A stretch of DNA of 13,664 nucleotides from a virus. Lineage: Duplodnaviria > Heunggongvirae > Uroviricota > Caudoviricetes. Both the position numbers and the translations under genes were made by a program. Shown piece after piece: positions 1-7,011 of this stretch; position 1 is the first letter of the stretch, and every line of letters begins with the position of its first letter. Below the pieces are notes generated by a model, which saw only the letters and a program-made list of their open reading frames with translations, made no database searches and was not told the origin of the DNA. Location of the stretch: the IMG/VR virus record IMGVR_UViG_3300014691_000055; one strand, 5' to 3'.

Positions 1-1248
1 ATGGCACTGAATATTCCATTCAGAAATGCGTACTATCGTTTTGCATCCAGTTACTCATTTCTCTTTTTTATTTCCTGGTCGCTGTGGTGGTCGTTATACG
101 CTATTTGGCTGAAAGGACATCTAGGGTTGACAGGGACGGAATTAGGTACACTTTATTCGGTCAACCAGTTTACCAGCATTCTATTTATGATGTTCTACGG
201 CATCGTTCAGGATAAACTCGGTCTGAAGAAACCGCTCATCTGGTGTATGAGTTTCATCCTGGTCTTGACCGGACCGTTTATGATTTACGTTTATGAACCG
301 TTACTGCAAAGCAATTTTTCTGTAGGTCTAATTCTTGGGGCGCTATTTTTTGGCTTGGGGTATCTGGCGGGATGCGGTTTGCTTGATAGCTTCACCGAAA
401 AAATGGCGCGAAATTTTCATTTCGAATATGGAACAGCGCGCGCCTGGGGATCTTTTGGCTATGCTATTGGCGCGTTCTTTGCCGGCATATTTTTTAGTAT
501 CAGTCCCCATATCAACTTCTGGTTGGTCTCGCTATTTGGCGCTGTATTTATGATGATCAACATGCGTTTTAAAGATAAGGATCACCAGTGCGTAGCGGCA
601 GATGCGGGAGGGGTAAAAAAAGAGGATTTTATCGCAGTTTTCAAGGATCGAAACTTCTGGGTTTTCGTCATATTTATTGTGGGGACGTGGTCTTTCTATA
701 ACATTTTTGATCAACAACTTTTTCCTGTCTTTTATGCAGGTTTATTCGAATCACACGATGTAGGAACGCGCCTGTATGGTTATCTCAACTCATTCCAGGT
801 GGTACTCGAAGCGCTGTGCATGGCGATTATTCCTTTCTTTGTGAATCGGGTAGGGCCAAAAAATGCATTACTTATCGGAGTTGTGATTATGGCGTTGCGT
901 ATCCTTTCCTGCGCGCTGTTCGTTAACCCCTGGATTATTTCATTAGTGAAGTTGTTACATGCCATTGAGGTTCCACTTTGTGTCATATCCGTCTTCAAAT
1001 ACAGCGTGGCAAACTTTGATAAGCGCCTGTCGTCGACGATCTTTCTGATTGGTTTTCAAATTGCCAGTTCGCTTGGGATTGTGCTGCTTTCAACGCCGAC
1101 TGGGATACTCTTTGACCACGCAGGCTACCAGACAGTTTTCTTCGCAATTTCGGGTATTGTCTGCCTGATGTTGCTATTTGGCATTTTCTTCTTGAGTAAA
1201 AAACGCGAGCAAATAGTTATGGAAACGCCTGTACCTTCAGCAATATAG
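1..1248 (+). CDS. cscB: Sucrose:H+ symporter CscB (oligosaccharide:H+ symporter family, LacY-like MFS permease)
   Basis: 415-aa ORF starting at ATG 1..3 and ending TAG 1246..1248; strongly hydrophobic multi-TM translation that I recognise from memory as E. coli CscB (MALNIPFRNAYYRF...); csc locus is known to lie next to argW in sucrose-positive E. coli. Confidence 0.88.
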   Translation: MALNIPFRNAYYRFASSYSFLFFISWSLWWSLYAIWLKGHLGLTGTELGTLYSVNQFTSILFMMFYGIVQDKLGLKKPLIWCMSFILVLTGPFMIYVYEPLLQSNFSVGLILGALFFGLGYLAGCGLLDSFTEKMARNFHFEYGTARAWGSFGYAIGAFFAGIFFSISPHINFWLVSLFGAVFMMINMRFKDKDHQCVAADAGGVKKEDFIAVFKDRNFWVFVIFIVGTWSFYNIFDQQLFPVFYAGLFESHDVGTRLYGYLNSFQVVLEALCMAIIPFFVNRVGPKNALLIGVVIMALRILSCALFVNPWIISLVKLLHAIEVPLCVISVFKYSVANFDKRLSSTIFLIGFQIASSLGIVLLSTPTGILFDHAGYQTVFFAISGIVCLMLLFGIFFLSKKREQIVMETPVPSAI

Positions 1249-1256
1249 ACGTAAAC

Positions 1257-1301
1257 TTTTTCCGGTTGTTGTCGATAGCTCTATATCCCTCAACCGGAAA
1301 A
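1257..1301. repeat. 11-bp perfect inverted repeat (TTTTCCGGTTG ... CAACCGGAAAA) with ~23-nt spacer just after the cscB stop; possible terminator-like or protein-binding hairpin
   Basis: Arms are exact reverse complements read directly from sequence; no U-tract follows, so not a canonical intrinsic terminator. Confidence 0.4.
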
Positions 1302-1689
1302 TAATAATAGTAAAATGCTTAGCCCTGCTAATAATCGCCTAATCCAAACGCCTCATTCATGTTCTGGTACAGTCGCTCAAATGTACTTCAGATGCGCGGT
1401 TCGCTGATTTCCAGGACATTGTCGTCATTCAGTGACCTGTCCCGTGTATCACGGTCCTGCGAATTCATCAAGGAATGCATTGCGGAGTGAAGTATCGAGT
1501 CACGCCATATTTCGCTATCAGGATTCTGTGTGATGGTTACATCGCCCGGCCCAGGGCTGTTTAGTCATCAGCGCTTTCTGACAGTGCTGAGATTTCAACC
1601 TGTTGCAGTAAAAATGAGTAGATATAAGGCAAGTGTGCTGCCAAACCCATCTTTTACGGGGTGAAGGTAGATTTCGTTTGAAGGGTATC

Positions 1690-1704
1690 TGGTGTCCCCT
1701 GCAG
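1690..1704 (-). other. att-like core: 15 nt identical to reverse complement of the 3' end of tRNA-Arg(CCU) argW (CTGCAGGGGACACCA)
   Basis: tggtgtcccctgcag read in sequence; match to argW 3' end is from memory of the tRNA sequence; flanked by a 7-bp inverted repeat (cccctgc / gcagggg at 1695..1727). Confidence 0.55.
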
Positions 1705-1761
1705 ACATCTACTTGAAGCAGCAGGGGATTGATTGGAATGGTGTTTTTTAGATGTGAGAAA

Positions 1762-1783
1762 TATTTTACCCGCTATTTTACCC
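1762..1783. repeat. Direct repeat tattttaccc x2 (1762..1771, 1774..1783), candidate arm-type recombinase binding sites near the att core
   Basis: Exact 10-bp direct repeat spaced 12 bp, ~60 bp from att-like core, overlapping 3' end of the alpA-like ORF. Confidence 0.3.
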
Positions 1784-1978
1784 ATTGGCGCGGCTTAAGA
1801 GCTTATTTTTGAATTCACAATGATCACGATATAACCATCTTGCTCGCCCGTGGATAACTTTGGCTTTAGGCAGGTCGCCGGACTTAATCCGGTCATAGAT
1901 GAAGGTCTTACCGAAGCCAGTATCGGCCATGATGAATTTCAAATCAACCAGTGAATCAGGTTGTAGTTCGTGTTGCAT
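1778..1978 (-). CDS. AlpA-family phage transcriptional regulator / excisionase-like DNA-binding protein (66 aa)
   Basis: ATG start (rc of 1976..1978) with GGAGA SD; translation has the AlpA-type motif FIMADTGFGKTFIYDRIKSGDLPKAKVIHGRARW. Confidence 0.7.
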   Translation of the reverse strand: MQHELQPDSLVDLKFIMADTGFGKTFIYDRIKSGDLPKAKVIHGRARWLYRDHCEFKNKLLSRANG

Positions 1979-1997
1979 GAGTGCTATCTCCGAATAG

Positions 1998-2013
1998 GGA
2001 ATCGAACCTGCAA
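1998..2013 (-). other. 16-nt fragment identical to reverse complement of the argW T-arm (TTGCAGGTTCGATTCC); tRNA-derived remnant, not a tRNA gene
   Basis: ggaatcgaacctgcaa read in sequence; no D-arm or anticodon arm follows, sequence to the right is an A/T-rich terminator. Confidence 0.45.
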
Positions 2014-2023
2014 ATCAGGTAAT

Positions 2024-2048
2024 AAAAAACCGCCATCAGGCGTTTTTG
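2024..2048. terminator. Short bidirectional intrinsic terminator-like hairpin (aaaaaCCGCC atca GGCGttttt)
   Basis: GC stem (4 bp) extended by A-run/T-run pairing, T-tract on + strand and A-tract giving U-tract on - strand; overlaps stop codon of the 55-aa ORF. Confidence 0.4.
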
Positions 2049-2203
2049 TGTTCTTTCAGTTCTTCAATTCGAATATTGGTTACGTCTGCATGTGCTATCT
2101 GCGCCCATATCATCCAGTGGTCATAGCAGTCGTTGATGTCCTCTGCTTCGATAACTCTGTTGAATGGCTCTCCATTCCATTCACCTGTGACTCGGAAGTG
2201 CAT
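2036..2203 (-). CDS. Hypothetical small protein (55 aa, MHFRVTGEWNGEPFNRVIEAEDINDCYDHWMIWAQIAHADVTNIRIEELKEHKNA); absent from supplied ORF track (below length cut-off)
   Basis: Hand-translated: ATG (rc 2201..2203) preceded by GGAGA SD 7 nt upstream, stop TGA (rc 2036..2038) inside terminator hairpin. Confidence 0.5.
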   Translation of the reverse strand: MHFRVTGEWNGEPFNRVIEAEDINDCYDHWMIWAQIAHADVTNIRIEELKEHKNA

Positions 2204-2390
2204 TTATCATCTCCATAAAACAAAACCCGCCGTAGCGAGTTCAGATAAAAGAAATCCCCGCGAGTGCGAGGATTGTTAGTTGCGCTCTGCTGCTGCCTTA
2301 GCCATTACCATATCCACCCAATTTCACCAGACATGATTCTCGCAATCACTATCATCACCAAAGTGATAATCACAACTTTAACTGGCGGCA

Positions 2391-2921
2391 TCATTTGCCA
2401 TCCTGCTGCGGCGGTTCTGGTAGCGGCATCCAGTGAGTTGCCTGCTCAATGCCATTACCCGGCTTAATCGTTGCTTGTCCTCGCCGAAAGGTACTTCCGG
2501 TATTGCGTGCGGAGCATATTAGCGGCTCAACCAGATCACTATCGAAATTCACCGAAATAAGTACGTTCTGATTCTTTTTCGGCATTCGCTCACTACAGCT
2601 TATCCAACCATCCGGAATTACCGCCACTGGCTTGGCGGTATAAAGCGGTGTTATATCTGCCCGAAAATTACATGCTTTATGCAGCCGCACCCACCGTTCG
2701 ACTTCTGCTTTGTCAGAATACATACCAGTGAACGTGTTATATTCACGGTCAATTTTCGTGAATGTTACCTTCCACGCCACCGGCTCTGCTTCCAGCGATG
2801 CCAGCGCAATCCGTGCCAGTTCTTCCGCTTCTTCTGCTGGCAGTACAACGTTGCTACCAGGTCCGTATGTTTCGCGCCACTGCTTGATTGTCCGCAGTCG
2901 CTCTTTGGTAATAGTGGTCAT
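2391..2921 (-). CDS. Phage protein with C-terminal DUF551-like domain (176 aa)
   Basis: ATG start overlapping upstream stop (ATGA at 2918..2921); C-terminal motif WISCSERMPKK...HWMPLPEPP typical of DUF551 phage proteins (from memory). Confidence 0.7.
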   Translation of the reverse strand: MTTITKERLRTIKQWRETYGPGSNVVLPAEEAEELARIALASLEAEPVAWKVTFTKIDREYNTFTGMYSDKAEVERWVRLHKACNFRADITPLYTAKPVAVIPDGWISCSERMPKKNQNVLISVNFDSDLVEPLICSARNTGSTFRRGQATIKPGNGIEQATHWMPLPEPPQQDGK

Positions 2922-3283
2922 GCCGTAACCCCTTCTTGATATTTTTCAAACCAGAACACAACCGGGTCAGATTTCATTTCAACCAATCCCATACGAACCA
3001 GCGCTTTGCCTTTCCCGGACGCAAGAAATTCACGACGACCATCACTGATAATTCGCCGATAATCTTCCAGGCTACTGCAATGCTTGTGCAGATTGCATGG
3101 GTGGCATGCCGGAACCATGTTGGATATATCGTCACGTTCCTGGTGAAGCATATTCCCAGCAAAACGAATGACCGGTTTTACATGGTCTGCATGCCACTTT
3201 TCGCCAAGTTCGCAGCCGCAATAAGCACAGCGACCGCCGAACTTCATGCGCAGCTCTGCACGTTGTTTTTTCGTCAGTGCCAT
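2918..3283 (-). CDS. HNH endonuclease (approx 121 aa from ATG at 3283; track ORF begins at upstream TTG 3373)
   Basis: CAYCGC...HADHV...ACHPCNLHKH zinc-finger/HNH motifs; ATG at rc 3281..3283 with AAGGAA SD; stop overlaps next gene start. Confidence 0.72.
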   Translation of the reverse strand: MALTKKQRAELRMKFGGRCAYCGCELGEKWHADHVKPVIRFAGNMLHQERDDISNMVPACHPCNLHKHCSSLEDYRRIISDGRREFLASGKGKALVRMGLVEMKSDPVVFWFEKYQEGVTA

Positions 3284-3284
3284 T

Positions 3285-3503
3285 TCAGTTTTCCTTATAT
3301 GGATTAATTTTATTGTGCAGTGTATTGAACGACGCCCATACCACGTCGTTATACAATTCAATAACTGGCTCAATTATTTTCCCGATTGCCCAGACAAAAA
3401 TTAGCGGGGATATCGGTATCATCAACACGATAAACAGAATGAGAAACAGGAATTCTGTTGTTCTACTCTTTCGTGGATATTTTTTTCTGAATAATGTGAC
3501 CAT
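3285..3503 (-). CDS. Hypothetical small membrane protein (72 aa, one predicted TM helix FLFLILFIVLMIPISPLIFVWAIG)
   Basis: ATG at rc 3501..3503; stop 1 nt before the HNH start, so operon-packed; SD weak and ~26 nt upstream behind a GC hairpin. Confidence 0.45.
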   Translation of the reverse strand: MVTLFRKKYPRKSRTTEFLFLILFIVLMIPISPLIFVWAIGKIIEPVIELYNDVVWASFNTLHNKINPYKEN

Positions 3504-3636
3504 TCATTACCGCCCTTTCGGGCGGCCTCCTGATGTTCTGAGGGTGCAGAAAACCCTCCGGTTAAGGATTTAATAAAAATCACTTCTGATTTAAATTTTC
3601 AGTGTTTTGTTGTCAGGTGGTTTATCGCCTTTATGC

Positions 3637-3942
3637 TTAAGCCTTATTTCTCAGCCATACACAAACAGGACCATCTTCAGTGTCATGAATGGAACCAATG
3701 AACCAACCTTCACCTTCCGGGCTCTCCGGTTTCCAGGAGGCAATATCGGGACCATCCGCGTCCAGATTAAAATCATCTTCATCCATAGTTCTGATGGTCC
3801 ATTGAAGATTATTTTCCTCCATCCAGGCGTTAAACTCTTCCGTTGAAATATGTTCTCTACCATCACAGAATTTTTCATATTCAGGATGCGTCCAGCAGCC
3901 ATATTCATCACGTACTACTGGTATTTCTTTAATTTCATTCAT
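3637..3942 (-). CDS. Hypothetical acidic phage protein (101 aa)
   Basis: ATG with GGGAGA SD; overlaps upstream gene by 8 nt; family not recognised. Confidence 0.55.
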   Translation of the reverse strand: MNEIKEIPVVRDEYGCWTHPEYEKFCDGREHISTEEFNAWMEENNLQWTIRTMDEDDFNLDADGPDIASWKPESPEGEGWFIGSIHDTEDGPVCVWLRNKA

Positions 3943-4189
3943 TTCTGTTCTCCCACGTTTTCAGACTTTCACCACAGAACGGGCAAAATGAAACTCGTAT
4001 TGGTGATTTAGAAAATTCACCGGAACGCAACATCACCAAATCAGGTCCACGAGTTAAACTCTCATTCCAGATTTTGTATATCAGCAGACCCTTTCGCGTC
4101 GTGCATTCAGCATCATGCTCAAGAGACTTTGCCAGTGCTGCACATGGTTCTATCTTGTTGCTATTAATTTGGCATTTTGACTCACTCAC
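3935..4189 (-). CDS. Hypothetical Cys-containing small protein (84 aa, C-terminal CPFCGE, possible zinc ribbon), GTG start
   Basis: GTG (rc 4187..4189) preceded by AAGGAGG SD at 6-nt spacing; start overlaps methyltransferase stop (GTGAGTGA). Confidence 0.5.
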   Translation of the reverse strand: MSESKCQINSNKIEPCAALAKSLEHDAECTTRKGLLIYKIWNESLTRGPDLVMLRSGEFSKSPIRVSFCPFCGESLKTWENRNE

Positions 4190-4667
4190 TGGTCGCCTCC
4201 TTCACAAAAATAATCCAGTGTGTTTTATCGTTCTTGCCGGTACGCTGGCTGATAACTGGTTTCGCGTTGGTTAGTGCCAATATCTGGCTAACCGGTATTT
4301 GCGTTTCATTCCATTTAAATATCAGAACGCCATGTGGACACAACACACGAAAGGCTTCTATAAATCCCTGTCGCAAATCATCACGCCAGGTATCTTTATT
4401 CAGCCGTCCATACTTCTTTCCCATCCAGGCGTTATCACCAACACGCTCAAGATGCGGAGGGTCGAATACAACAACCGGAAACGACGCGTCTGCAAACGGC
4501 AGCGCACGAAAATCAGCGATAATGTCAGGACTAATAATCAGTTGTCGTCCATCACATAGCGTATGTTTCTCTTTCCGGATATCGCTAAATATCGCCCGGT
4601 CGTCATTCTTATCAAACCAGAACATGCGGCTGCCGCAGCACATATCAAGAATGGCCGGTGCGCTCAC
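4182..4667 (-). CDS. Orphan phage DNA methyltransferase (161 aa; motif I LDMCCGS, motif IV DPPH), GTG start
   Basis: Translation shows AdoMet-binding and DPP[HY] catalytic motifs; GTG start with AGGAGGTGA SD, GTGA overlap with upstream stop; no cognate restriction gene adjacent. Confidence 0.72.
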   Translation of the reverse strand: MSAPAILDMCCGSRMFWFDKNDDRAIFSDIRKEKHTLCDGRQLIISPDIIADFRALPFADASFPVVVFDPPHLERVGDNAWMGKKYGRLNKDTWRDDLRQGFIEAFRVLCPHGVLIFKWNETQIPVSQILALTNAKPVISQRTGKNDKTHWIIFVKEATSE

Positions 4668-5086
4668 AGCATCACCTCCTGATAATTACCCTGATAGAAC
4701 GCCAGCACGCGCTGCATAACCTCGCTCTTCCGGCACTCGCGACAGATTATGTTCTGACGCCTGTCGTAGCGGCGTATTTCTCCGTCAGGTAATGACCAGA
4801 TAAGGTCCGGATCAACCACAACCGGTTTCTTCAGCTTTGCCCTCGATAATTTTTTGCGGGCATTTTGCCAGTCTTTACGAGCCTGTTCAGACGGGAATAA
4901 CCCGTAGCCAGAATTGTATACATCGCCACTGGCAACCAGCTCTCTGGCGAGAACACTCATCAGATATCTTGTCGCACCTGTTTTCGCTTCCAGTTGTCGT
5001 AACGTTTCGCGCCCGCTCTGGCGCACGAGTTCAACAACCTGCCTCTTAATTTTTTCCCGCTCTTCTTGTGTAAATACTTTTGCCAC
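4664..5086 (-). CDS. Hypothetical phage protein (140 aa), possibly replication-associated; GTG start
   Basis: GTG (rc 5084..5086) with AGGAGG SD 5 nt upstream; located immediately downstream of the replication initiator; family not recognised. Confidence 0.55.
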   Translation of the reverse strand: MAKVFTQEEREKIKRQVVELVRQSGRETLRQLEAKTGATRYLMSVLARELVASGDVYNSGYGLFPSEQARKDWQNARKKLSRAKLKKPVVVDPDLIWSLPDGEIRRYDRRQNIICRECRKSEVMQRVLAFYQGNYQEVML

Positions 5087-5126
5087 AAGTCCTCCTGAAA
5101 ATTACCTCATGACCTGAAATAAACAC

Positions 5127-6197
5127 TTACCCCCTGAAGCCCGGTGGAATTTCGGTATCCGGTTCAGAAATATGATTCACACAACGCTGGTTGTTCGTGC
5201 CGCTTACCGGGAGCAACCAGGGGTTTTCAAAATTCCGGTCCGGTCCAAAAAACGTCGTCGCTCGCTGAACAAATTCCGTTCCCGTTTTCCCGGTAGCCGC
5301 TAGGTATCTTGCGTAACGCCTCACACCATCCAGCATGGCCTCTGGTGGCACCCCCTCGCGTAATCTGGCCTTCCAGGCACTGAAAGCGGATTTCTTCGGG
5401 TTTGCCCCGGCACGCAACGGGTATTCCCGCCAGACCTGTTCGAACACATCCGGATAATACACTCGTCCCACAGGCTGCCCGGTGTTTTCCGGGACTACCC
5501 GATCGGCTTCCCGCTGAATGGCGGAATCGGCTTCAGGCTGCTGCAGTTGGTGTGATTGCTCCGGCCTTGCGGTCATCACCTGCTGCACAGCGCCCGAATC
5601 GGCTTTCAGCGCATACGCTGAATCGGCTTCCGGTGTCGTGCCTGCTGGCTGACCAGGATTGACGGTCTGAACATCCCCTGCCTGGTTCGTGGCGTTTTTT
5701 ACGCCATGGACCATAGTGTTTTGATCTTCTTGATCTGTATCTTTATCTGTATCTTTATCTGTCGTGACTCGTCGTGACATGTGCGTGACATTTCGTGACG
5801 CGCCGTGACAATCTCCATTTTGTTCCCGCTTTCTTTCCCTCTCTCGCTGCGCCCTCTTGCGCTCTGCAGGAGATTTTGCGGTTTGCGAAATATTGCCGTT
5901 GTCCTCTTTAAGCACCTGGCGTTTTTCCCATCCAGTGATTAAATCACCATCAAGTACCCGCCCCTGCATCGTCTGCAAAATTGAATCAATTACCTCTTCT
6001 GTCACGTCGAGCGCACTTGCCAAATCTTCTGTCGTGACATCAATGTGACCTCGCGTGACATTTCGTGACGCGCTCACCAGGAGGTGGATATACACTGCCA
6101 TCACTGTTGCAATTGGCTGCCCTGACACCCTGGCAATTGTTCGCCACTTAGGGTCATTTGGCATGTCATGCCATAATCTGAGCCAGGCGTTAGCCAT
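5127..6197 (-). CDS. Phage replication initiation protein (lambda O-like replisome organiser) with origin iterons embedded in coding sequence
   Basis: Start chosen at ATG rc 6195..6197 (SD AGAGGTGA) rather than track GTG at 6203; N-terminal HTH-like region, low-complexity middle, conserved C-terminal region; two clusters of CGTGAC repeats inside the gene. Confidence 0.7.
   Translation of the reverse strand: MANAWLRLWHDMPNDPKWRTIARVSGQPIATVMAVYIHLLVSASRNVTRGHIDVTTEDLASALDVTEEVIDSILQTMQGRVLDGDLITGWEKRQVLKEDNGNISQTAKSPAERKRAQRERERKREQNGDCHGASRNVTHMSRRVTTDKDTDKDTDQEDQNTMVHGVKNATNQAGDVQTVNPGQPAGTTPEADSAYALKADSGAVQQVMTARPEQSHQLQQPEADSAIQREADRVVPENTGQPVGRVYYPDVFEQVWREYPLRAGANPKKSAFSAWKARLREGVPPEAMLDGVRRYARYLAATGKTGTEFVQRATTFFGPDRNFENPWLLPVSGTNNQRCVNHISEPDTEIPPGFRG
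5735..5809. repeat. Iteron cluster 1: tandem 12-bp ctgtatctttat x2 followed by five CGTGAC motifs at 10-11 bp spacing (5763, 5773, 5784, 5794, 5804)
   Basis: Read directly; helical-phase spacing; followed by 50-nt polypyrimidine tract 5811..5860. Confidence 0.6.
6001..6073. repeat. Iteron cluster 2: GTCACG / CGTGAC motifs at 6001, 6033, 6054, 6064 plus GTGAC at 6046; contains 21-nt exact copy gcgtgacatttcgtgacgcgc (6053..6073) of 5783..5803
   Basis: Exact 21-nt repeat 270 bp apart verified by position-by-position reading. Confidence 0.6.
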
Positions 6198-6268
6198 ACT
6201 CACCTCTTTTGATACCGAATCTTTTTACTCACAAATTGCCGGAAGTGATCCGGTATGAATATTGCGAG

Positions 6269-6694
6269 TCAATGCACAGCCACAATATTTCCTGCAGGGC
6301 CACCACGATTCATCTGGTTGAAACCAGCGATCGCCACTGCGACAAAATCATCAGCGTCTCTCACCAGTCGTTCCCGCGTCTCCACTAGTTCCCGAAAATA
6401 GGCTGAGCTATGGCTGCGCATTCGGGCCACCAGCAGAGGTGGCATTGCTTTTTCGATAGCTGGTAACAACGCCTGAATTTTTTTAACCGCATCAGGGGTG
6501 TCTTTCTCCACCCAGCGGAAAATTTTCTGAGTATTGCGAGCCATGGCTTCCGGATGGCTGTCGTCATACAGTTCCGGGAACGTCATTCCCAGCTCGAAAT
6601 ACGCTTTGGTAATTTTCGCAGCCGGTACTTTTTCGCCGTCCGGATGCGCCCAGGCATTCATCGCCATGCGGATGTGTTCATGCTTGATTTTCAT
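6269..6694 (-). CDS. YdaT-like protein (CII-like regulator; formerly annotated as toxin YdaT), approx 141 aa from ATG 6694
   Basis: MKIKHEHI... N-terminus and ...VH C-terminus resemble Rac YdaT (memory); ATG at 6694 has AAGGGGGGA SD; alternative upstream ATG 6766 would extend overlap. Confidence 0.65.
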   Translation of the reverse strand: MKIKHEHIRMAMNAWAHPDGEKVPAAKITKAYFELGMTFPELYDDSHPEAMARNTQKIFRWVEKDTPDAVKKIQALLPAIEKAMPPLLVARMRSHSSAYFRELVETRERLVRDADDFVAVAIAGFNQMNRGGPAGNIVAVH

Positions 6695-6920
6695 GAATCC
6701 CCCCTTGGTTAGAAGGCGGATTATGATCAGAACCGGGAATGACAACCGTCGGTATGTGTAACTCATATTTGAGCGCCCCGGCAGTGACTGCCTGAATTAG
6801 CAACGCCCATTTCCACGGAACCTCTTCCCCCCACATGCTGACTGTGGTTTTTGACGTTCCTAGAGCTGCGGCTGTTTTAACAACTCCGCCAAAATAGCCT
6901 AATACTTCTGATTTTTTCAT
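6678..6920 (-). CDS. YdaS-like Cro-type HTH regulator (80 aa)
   Basis: ATG rc 6918..6920 with GGAGCG SD; motif GGVVKTAAALGTSKTTVSMWGEEVPW typical of YdaS/Cro-like HTH; divergent from cI-like gene. Confidence 0.68.
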   Translation of the reverse strand: MKKSEVLGYFGGVVKTAAALGTSKTTVSMWGEEVPWKWALLIQAVTAGALKYELHIPTVVIPGSDHNPPSNQGGIHENQA

Positions 6921-7011
6921 GAGTCGCTCCATAAAACTGAACGCCAAAAGTTTAATAATCAAAACCGAAGAAAGTCAAGAAACAAAACCATCTGTGTTTT
7001 AAAATCAAAAC
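6921..7011. promoter_or_regulatory. Divergent immunity-switch region: PR-like promoter for cro-like gene (-35 TTGACT = rc 6973..6978), PRM-like promoter for cI-like gene (-10 TAAAAT 7000..7005, leaderless), overlapping AAAAC/GTTTT inverted-repeat operators
   Basis: Inverted repeats AAAACTgaacgccaaAAGTTT (6934..6954), AAAACcatctgtGTTTT (6984..7000), GTTTTaaaatcAAAAC (6996..7011); cI ATG has no SD and sits 6 nt after a -10-like hexamer. Confidence 0.5.

Noticed and set aside
1316-1690. Possible degraded coding remnants between cscB and the att core (for example a 30-aa frame MHSLMNSQDRDTRDRSLNDDNVLEISEPRI on the minus strand)
   Set aside because: Only short frames with no start or SD signals and no family I can recognise; may be a pseudogene remnant but cannot be supported from sequence alone.
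1998-2013. Possible tRNA gene at the GGTTCGATTCC-type T-arm match
   Set aside because: Only 16 nt of T-arm are present; no acceptor, D or anticodon arms in the flanks; it is a tRNA-derived fragment.
2918-4667. Methyltransferase plus HNH endonuclease as a restriction-modification system
   Set aside because: The two genes are separated by three other genes and a structured intergenic region; the HNH protein is small and of the type common in phage nin regions; orphan phage MTases are common. No evidence for a cognate pair.
4177-4719. 180-aa plus-strand ORF antisense to the methyltransferase gene
   Set aside because: Fully overlaps a well-supported minus-strand gene with recognisable motifs and SD; no SD of its own; typical antisense shadow ORF.
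5402-5662. 86-aa plus-strand ORF and other plus-strand ORFs (5857..6048, 6055..6258) within the replication gene region
   Set aside because: Antisense to the replication initiator ORF; no SD; Pro/Arg-rich translations typical of shadow frames.
6385-6567. 60-aa minus-strand ORF and 75-aa plus-strand ORF (6534..6761) overlapping the YdaT-like gene
   Set aside because: Alternative frames of a gene with recognisable N- and C-terminal similarity; no independent start signals.
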